Shown here piece after piece: positions 55,096-59,291 of a DNA stretch of 59,291 nucleotides. Numbering within the stretch: the stretch's first letter is position 1; each line of letters begins with the position of its first letter. A program made the translations under genes and the position numbers. The stretch is from the NCBI GenBank assembly GCA_964413895.1, contig CAYPUV010000001.1, positions 1 to 59,291 of the forward strand. The letters are read 5' to 3'. This stretch comes from an uncultured Anaerolineaceae bacterium (GTDB lineage: Bacteria > Chloroflexota > Anaerolineae > 4572-78). The notes beneath the pieces were generated by a model. It did not search any database. It saw nothing but the letters and a program-made list of their open reading frames with translations, and had not been told where the DNA came from.

Positions 55096-58011
55096 ATGAT
55101 CAAATTACATGGATTTGAATTAATTAAAGCGGCAACCATTACCGAGTTGAACACCAAAGCCAAACTGTATCGGCACATAAAAACCGGCGCAGAGTTGTTG
55201 TCATTGGAAAACGATGACGAAAATAAAACGTTCGGTATTACCTTCCGCACGCCCCCCAGTGATTCTACCGGCGTGGCACACATTATGGAACACGCTGTAT
55301 TGTGCGGCTCACGGAAATACCCCGTAAAAGAGCCGTTTGTGGAATTAATCAAAGGCTCGCTAAAAACCTTCCTCAACGCCTTTACCTACCCCGATAAAAC
55401 ATGCTACCCCATTGCTAGTCAAAACACACAAGATTTTTACAACCTGATTGATGTCTACCTGGACGCGGTTTTTTATCCCAACATAACGCCGCAGATATTT
55501 CAGCAAGAGGGATGGCATTACGAATTAGACCGATTGGAGGACCCCATTGCATTGAAGGGTGTTGTCTTTAATGAAATGAAAGGCGTTTATTCCTCTCCCG
55601 ACGAAGTATTGAGTGAATACAGCCAGCAAGTTTTGTTCCCCAGCAACACCTATGGCCTCGATTCCGGTGGCAACCCCAAGCACATCCCTGATCTTACCTA
55701 CGAGCAGTTTAAGCTATTCCACGATACATATTACCACCCGTCAAACGCGCGTGTTTTTTTCTACGGCAATGACGACCCGGAAACACGCTTGCAAATTCTT
55801 GATGAATATTTAAAAGATTTTGATCGCATTGAGGTAGATTCCACGATCCCTTTGCAACCCAAGTTTGAGCAACCCAAACAAATTATCAAAACGTATGCTG
55901 CCAGCACCGACGCCAAAAACGACAAAAAAGCAATGCTCACGGTCAACTGGTTGCTGCCACAAACCACCGCTATTGACACTGCTGTGGCGCTGGGCGTACT
56001 CTCTTACATTTTGGTCGGTACGCCTGCGTCCCCGTTGCGCAAGGCGCTAATCGACTCTGGCCTGGGTGAAGACATTACCGGCGGTGGAACGGCCGCTCAT
56101 TTGCGCCAGATGTACTTTTCCACCGGTTTAAAGGGGATTGCCCTGAACGATGCCCCAAAAGTAGAAACGCTAATTTTTGATACACTGACACAGATTGTGC
56201 AAAATGGCATTGACCCCGATATGATTGAAGCGGCCCTGAATACGCTTGAATTTCGGCTGCGCGAGCAAAACACCGGTAGCTTCCCGCGTGGTTTGGCCCT
56301 TATGCTTTCGGCGTTGTCCACCTGGCTCTATGACGGCGACCCCTTTGCCCCGTTGGCTTTTGAGAAACCGTTGAACACAATCAAAAAACACGTCACCGAT
56401 CCAACCTTTTTCCAAACGCTCATTGAGCAGCACCTATTGCAAAACGCACATCGCGTCACGCTGATTCTAAAGCCAGATGCGGAACAACAGCAGCGTGAAG
56501 AGGCAGCAGAGCAGGCCCGGCTTGCCAGCGTGCGGGCTAATATGTCGGCGAAAGACTTGCAGACAGTCATTGAAATCACACGTAACCTGAAAAAGAAGCA
56601 AGAAACCCCAGATTCGCCGGAAGCATTGGCCACTATTCCTCATCTTACCCTGGCAGACCTGGACAAACAGAACAAACATATTCCCCTGACGGTGGAAGAA
56701 ATGAATGGGAGCCAGCTTCTGTACCACGACCTGTTCACGAATGGCATTGTTTACCTGGATGTGGGCTTCAATTTGCGCACCTTGCCCCAGGAATATTTAC
56801 CCTACCTGCCGCTATTTGGTGACGCATTGTTGGAAATTGGCACCGAAAAAGAAGACTTCGTTAAACTGTCGCAGCGCATCGGGCGTAAAACCGGCGGCAT
56901 TTGGATGTCCCCCTACACGTCAGCCGTGCGCGGCTCAAATGATCCGGCAGCGTGGCTGATTATGCGTGGTAAAGCCACGATGGATCACGCCGACGACCTG
57001 TTGAATATTTTGCGCGACGTTTTGCTAACCGTGAAACTTGACAATCAGGAGCGTTTCCTACAGATGGTGCTGGAGGACAAAGCCGGTCAGGAAGCGGGGT
57101 TGATACCTGGGGGGCACAGTGTTGCCGCCAGCCGATTGCGTGCGCATTTTGATCTTGCTGATTGGGCGGCTGAAGCAATGGGAGGCGTAAGCAATCTTTT
57201 TTTTGTACGGCAACTGGCACAAGAAGTGGAAACGAATTGGCCCGCCGTTTTGCAAAAATTAGAAGCCATTCGACAACACTTACTCAATAGAAAGGCAATG
57301 TTTTGCAATGTTACGCTTGATGCGGACAACTGGGATATCTTTCGGCCAAAACTGAACGCATTTGTGACCGACCTCCCCGCCAACCCTGTATCGTTGGCCC
57401 CCTGGACACCTGCATCTTTCCCCAGTTGCGAGGGATTAACCGTTCCGGCTCAGGTTAATTATGTAGCCAAAGGCGCCAATTTGTATGATTTAGGGTACAA
57501 GCTGCATGGTTCAATAATAGTCATTAATAATTTTTTGCGATCTACATGGTTGTGGGAACGGGTACGTGTGCACGGCGGCGCCTATGGCGGCACGTGCTCT
57601 TTCAGCCAGCATTCTGGTGTATTCACCTTTTTATCCTACCGTGACCCGAATCTGCTAGACACACTGGAGGTGTACGACCAAACCGGCAAATTTCTGCGTG
57701 AGCTAGCATTAACCGATTCTGAGTTGACCAAGACAATTGTCGGTGCAATTGGCAGTATGGACAGCTACCAGCTCCCTGATGCAAAAGGCTACAGCTCACT
57801 GCTGCGCTATCTCATCGGCTACACCGACGAGACCCGGCAAAAAATACGCGACGAGATTCTTTCTACAACACGCGAACATTTTGTGAATTTTGCCGACGTG
57901 CTAAACAGGGTGAAAGAAAAGGGACAGGTTGTTGTGTTAGGGTCGTCAGAGGCCATAGAAACCGCCAACCAGCAGCGAAATAACTGGCTCTCGGTGCAAA
58001 AAGTGCTGTAA
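55096..58011 (+). CDS. M16-family zinc metallopeptidase, PreP/insulinase-like (M16C)
   Basis: 971 aa. The inverted zinc motif HxxEH is present as HIMEHAV, and the length and architecture fit PreP-type peptidases. RBS GAGGAG upstream. Confidence 0.85.
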   Translation: MIKLHGFELIKAATITELNTKAKLYRHIKTGAELLSLENDDENKTFGITFRTPPSDSTGVAHIMEHAVLCGSRKYPVKEPFVELIKGSLKTFLNAFTYPDKTCYPIASQNTQDFYNLIDVYLDAVFYPNITPQIFQQEGWHYELDRLEDPIALKGVVFNEMKGVYSSPDEVLSEYSQQVLFPSNTYGLDSGGNPKHIPDLTYEQFKLFHDTYYHPSNARVFFYGNDDPETRLQILDEYLKDFDRIEVDSTIPLQPKFEQPKQIIKTYAASTDAKNDKKAMLTVNWLLPQTTAIDTAVALGVLSYILVGTPASPLRKALIDSGLGEDITGGGTAAHLRQMYFSTGLKGIALNDAPKVETLIFDTLTQIVQNGIDPDMIEAALNTLEFRLREQNTGSFPRGLALMLSALSTWLYDGDPFAPLAFEKPLNTIKKHVTDPTFFQTLIEQHLLQNAHRVTLILKPDAEQQQREEAAEQARLASVRANMSAKDLQTVIEITRNLKKKQETPDSPEALATIPHLTLADLDKQNKHIPLTVEEMNGSQLLYHDLFTNGIVYLDVGFNLRTLPQEYLPYLPLFGDALLEIGTEKEDFVKLSQRIGRKTGGIWMSPYTSAVRGSNDPAAWLIMRGKATMDHADDLLNILRDVLLTVKLDNQERFLQMVLEDKAGQEAGLIPGGHSVAASRLRAHFDLADWAAEAMGGVSNLFFVRQLAQEVETNWPAVLQKLEAIRQHLLNRKAMFCNVTLDADNWDIFRPKLNAFVTDLPANPVSLAPWTPASFPSCEGLTVPAQVNYVAKGANLYDLGYKLHGSIIVINNFLRSTWLWERVRVHGGAYGGTCSFSQHSGVFTFLSYRDPNLLDTLEVYDQTGKFLRELALTDSELTKTIVGAIGSMDSYQLPDAKGYSSLLRYLIGYTDETRQKIRDEILSTTREHFVNFADVLNRVKEKGQVVVLGSSEAIETANQQRNNWLSVQKVL

Positions 58012-58110
58012 ACGAACGCTCGCCCAACGCGCTGCCAGCGCCAGGGTTGCTATTAATGGGGTGTTAGAGCTAATGGCGTTAGCGTCACTGCTCAAGACAC
58101 CGTGATGTAT

Positions 58111-58139
58111 TTGACACAAAACCAGTTCCTGTTTAAATT
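58111..58139 (+). promoter_or_regulatory. candidate promoter
   Basis: TTGACA, a 17-nt spacer, then TAAATT. Confidence 0.35.
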
Positions 58140-58235
58140 ACAGATCTCGGTAAATATATAGTAACCATTGTGCCTTCTCAATTATTCAGAGGGCAGGCAA
58201 ATCTGAGTCGCTTTAAGATACAGGTGGTGTGGCAA

Positions 58236-58964
58236 ATGAACACATTTGATTTATTGCCCTTTTTGGCAGCAAGTATAACATTTATATTCACGGGAATGGT
58301 GTTGCAGCGGTACTTCTTTCGCCCTAGTGCGTACCTTTTTTTCTGGATGGTGGGGTTGGGAATGTATGGCCTGGCATCTTTTGCTGAAGCATTCTTGAGT
58401 ATCAGTTGGAACCCAGTAGCCTTTCAATTATGGTATTTGTGTGGTGCGGTCCTTACGGCGGCCTGGTTGGGGCAGGGGACTATATTTTTGCTGGTTAGGA
58501 AAAAAAGAGTGTCTTACCTTTTGATGTGGTTGTTAATTGCTGCCTCTGTTTTTGCGATTTATGTTATGTTATCCACGCCACTGAACGCTGCTGCCTATTC
58601 ATCACAGGCTTCGCTCACTGCCACCTACAAAGTTATCTTGCCGCCTGGCGCGTTGGTCAGAAAACTTACGCCGTTCTTCAACATCTACGGCTCACTGGGG
58701 TTAGTAGGGGGCGCAATTTATTCAGCCTGGTTATTTTGGAGAAAACAGGTTTTACCGCATCGCGTAGTGGGGAACGTGCTTATTGCAGTCGGAGGAATGT
58801 CGCCGGCATTGGGTGGAACACTGGCTCGTTTTAATTTAAGTGAATTTCTATATATTAGTGAATTTCTGGGAGCAGTACTGATGCTGGCCGGATTCATTAT
58901 TGCCACATCGCCCGATTTGTTCAAACAGACCAGGCCCACCACCACTGTTCAGCAGGCACCTTGA
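58236..58964 (+). CDS. polytopic membrane protein of unknown function
   Basis: About 7 hydrophobic helices. The ATG at 58236 is preceded by AGGTGG; the ORF is open from 58170. Confidence 0.6.
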   Translation: MNTFDLLPFLAASITFIFTGMVLQRYFFRPSAYLFFWMVGLGMYGLASFAEAFLSISWNPVAFQLWYLCGAVLTAAWLGQGTIFLLVRKKRVSYLLMWLLIAASVFAIYVMLSTPLNAAAYSSQASLTATYKVILPPGALVRKLTPFFNIYGSLGLVGGAIYSAWLFWRKQVLPHRVVGNVLIAVGGMSPALGGTLARFNLSEFLYISEFLGAVLMLAGFIIATSPDLFKQTRPTTTVQQAP

Positions 58965-58981
58965 TTGCAGTGCGAAAATGC

Positions 58982-59022
58982 AACGGTGAAGACGCGCGCA
59001 AATTTGTGTCTTCACCGTTTTT
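58982..59022 (+). terminator. rho-independent terminator
   Basis: 12-bp stem AACGGTGAAGAC / GTCTTCACCGTT followed by TTTTTGTTT. It sits between convergent genes. Confidence 0.8.
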
Positions 59023-59024
59023 GT

Positions 59025-59291
59025 TTAGCGGGAAAGGGCCACTGCCACCTGGGCCGCAATTTTGGCATTATTCAGTAGCAACGCCACATTTGCTTTTATG
59101 CTTTGTCCTTTTGATAGCTTTGCAATTTGAGATAGCATAAATGGAGTAATTTGGTTGCCCTTAATTCGCTGTGCCGCCACTTCTGCCAATGCTTGTTCAA
59201 TGATGGCCTCTGCCTGCTCGGCAGGCCATTCATCTTTTGGGGGAACTGGAACCGTGAGCAAGATGGCGTTGTTCAGGCGCAGCGCATCACG
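59025..59291 (-). CDS. psuG: pseudouridine-5'-phosphate glycosidase, 3' part only (runs off the window)
   Basis: The C-terminal sequence ...AIIEQALAEVAAQRIKGNQITPFMLSQIAKLSKGQSIKANVALLLNNAKIAAQVA matches the YeiN/PsuG C-terminus as I remember it. The frame stays open to nt 59291. Confidence 0.75.
   Translation of the reverse strand, partial: RDALRLNNAILLTVPVPPKDEWPAEQAEAIIEQALAEVAAQRIKGNQITPFMLSQIAKLSKGQSIKANVALLLNNAKIAAQVAVALSR

Noticed and set aside
1-59291. A mobile element, prophage, genomic island or canonical defence system (restriction-modification, CRISPR-Cas, toxin-antitoxin, retron, CBASS-like).
   Set aside because: I recognised no integrase, transposase, recombinase, phage structural gene, terminal inverted repeat, flanking tRNA, cas gene or nuclease/cyclase signature. 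Housekeeping genes (prs, folC, asnS, lon, serS, prmA, prmC) are interspersed throughout.

Overview
The window is a 59.3-kb chromosomal segment with about 45 protein-coding genes. I saw no rRNA, tRNA, CRISPR array, transposase or integrase. All domain calls were made by eye from the ORF translations, with no HMM or database searches. Gene content (split B12-dependent acyl-CoA mutases, many very large GAF/PAS histidine kinases, Pro/Thr linkers, a T-box leader) suggests a Chloroflexota-like genome, but this is a low-confidence inference.

Layout:
- 1-5.6 kb (+): deacetylase, methyltransferase, a 964-aa FHA-like protein and folC.
- 5.6-24.0 kb (-): one long co-directional array. It holds a methyltransferase, prs, GNAT, a histidine phosphatase, meaB, a B12-binding small subunit and an isobutyryl-CoA-mutase-like large subunit. 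These are followed by a response regulator, a hybrid kinase, a kinase with two complete kinase cores, methylmalonyl-CoA epimerase, a canonical methylmalonyl-CoA mutase large subunit, asnS and lon.
- 24.3-51.5 kb (mostly +): a DprA-like gene, prmC, a 1000-aa two-domain glycoside-hydrolase-like protein, and an unknown membrane-anchored protein paired with an AlbA_2/HATPase_c_4 protein. Next comes a seven-gene sensory cluster that ends in a threonine-synthase-like PLP enzyme fused to a receiver domain. After it lie maf, a T-box leader (Ser specifier by hand folding) in front of a DHDPS-like aldolase and serS, a PfkB kinase and a MaoC dehydratase.
- 51.5-59.3 kb: prmA, a secreted tandem-repeat protein, an REC-kinase, an M16 PreP-like peptidase, a membrane protein and a partial psuG.

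Best candidates for something undescribed:
1. The REC-fused PLP enzyme at the end of an elaborate phosphorelay-like cluster.
2. The signalling genes translationally coupled to the two acyl-CoA mutase modules, including a tandem-core kinase.
3. The Ser T-box placed in front of a non-DapA aldolase plus serS.
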